Shown: one piece after another, positions 19,121 through 20,000 of the stretch
How the letters are laid out: every line of letters starts with the position of its first letter
Numbering within the stretch: position 1 is the stretch's first letter
From: Bilabrum cf. latius
Lineage: Eukaryota
Reading direction: 5' to 3'
DNA length: 20,000 nucleotides
NCBI GenBank assembly: GCA_965178125.1
Contig: OZ237774.1
Span: 556,229 to 576,228, forward strand
Program-made: the position numbers and the translations under genes
The notes under the pieces: model-generated
The model's database searches: none
What the model saw: the letters and a program-made list of their open reading frames with translations, nothing else
Told to the model about the DNA's origin: nothing

Positions 19121-20000
19121 ATCTAATATAAAGTCAGGGACAGGGTCGGGGAAAAAATATTTTCATCTTCATTTTTTTGTCGAAAATGTGCCCTCTGCGA
19201 TCTCAGCAACTAGAATAGGTATGAAGATGATTCAAACTGTTTTGGGATGGCCTAGGGCCATATCATGGGGCAAATGTTCCCCAGGTTCCGTTTTGACCGC
19301 GCGGCGACGATACTGGCTGATGAAGATTTACATGCCGAAAATGTGCCCTCTGCGATCTCAGCAACTAGAATAGGTATGAAGATGATTCAAACTGTTTTGG
19401 GATGGCCTAGGGCCATATCATGGGGCAAATGTTCCCCAGGTTCCGTTTTGACCGTGCGGCGACGATACTGGCTGATGAAGATTTACATGCCGAAAATGTG
19501 CCCTCTGCGATCTCAGCAACTAGAATAGGTATGAAGATGATTCAAACTGTTTTGGGACGGCCTAGGGCCATATCATGGGGCAAATGTTCCCCAGGTTCCG
19601 TTTTGACCGCGCGGCGACGATACTGGCTGATGAAGATTTACATGCCGAAAATGTGCCCTCTGCGATCTCAGCAACTAGAATAGGTATGAAGATGATTCAA
19701 ACTGTTTTGGGACGGCCTAGGGCCATATCATGGGGCAAATGTTCCCCAGGTTCCGTTTTGACCGCGCGGCGACGATACTGGCTGATGAAGATTTACATGC
19801 CGAAAATGTGCCCTCTGCGATCTCAGCAACTAGAATAGGTATGAAGATGATTCAAACTGTTTTGGGATGGCCTAGGGCCATATCATGGGGCAAATGTTCC
19901 CCAGGTTCCGTTTTGACCGCGCGGCGACGATACTGGCTGATGAAGATTTACATGCCGAAAATGTGCCCTCTGCGATCTCAGCAACTAGAATAGGTATGAA
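19121..20000. other. Telomere-embedded cassette C: 60-bp leader plus 155-bp tandem array running off the window
   Basis: Starts ATCTAATATAAAG immediately after GGGT. Confidence 0.7.
19181..20000 (+). repeat. 155-bp satellite, 5 full units plus a partial
   Basis: Units start at 19181, 19336, 19491, 19646, 19801, 19956; near-identical (GGATGG/GGACGG, CCGCGC/CCGTGC). Confidence 0.97.

Noticed and set aside
19317-19345. Hammerhead-like CTGATGA...GAAA in the 155-bp unit (also CTGAAGA-GACC...GGTC at 13644 and minus-strand CTGATGA near 13780)
   Set aside because: Stems I-III could not be formed in C, and the A candidates lack the GAAA core. An RNAMotif/Infernal scan would settle it.
14906-20000. 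CRISPR-like arrays or coding repeats in the 53-, 339- and 155-bp arrays
   Set aside because: Units are contiguous with no unique spacers; the ORFs simply recur with the repeat period.

Overview
GC-rich eukaryotic (probably protist) chromosome-end region in two halves. Bases 1-11.3 kb hold five compact, mostly intronless genes: a 5'-truncated ~1500-aa unknown protein, a C9orf85/DUF2039-like protein, a class-V PLP lyase, a TMEM8/PGAP6-like membrane protein and a two-intron SmE. All five read through only if TAG is a sense codon. I count 18 in-frame TAGs; two fall on conserved Gln positions (SmE V-Q-PI, C9orf85 KH-Q-N). No in-frame TAA was seen and all five genes end in TGA, pointing to a non-standard nuclear code with UAG=Gln, possibly UAG-only. 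Bases 11.8-20 kb are four same-orientation (TTAGGG)n tracts alternating with apparently non-coding cassettes: A, a right-truncated identical copy of A, B (339-bp satellite) and C (155-bp satellite). A has a fixed left end, and the right ends of A, A' and B are truncated and capped by telomere repeats, as expected for elements added to chromosome ends. No reverse transcriptase or transposase is visible. Family calls are from remembered motifs, not database searches.
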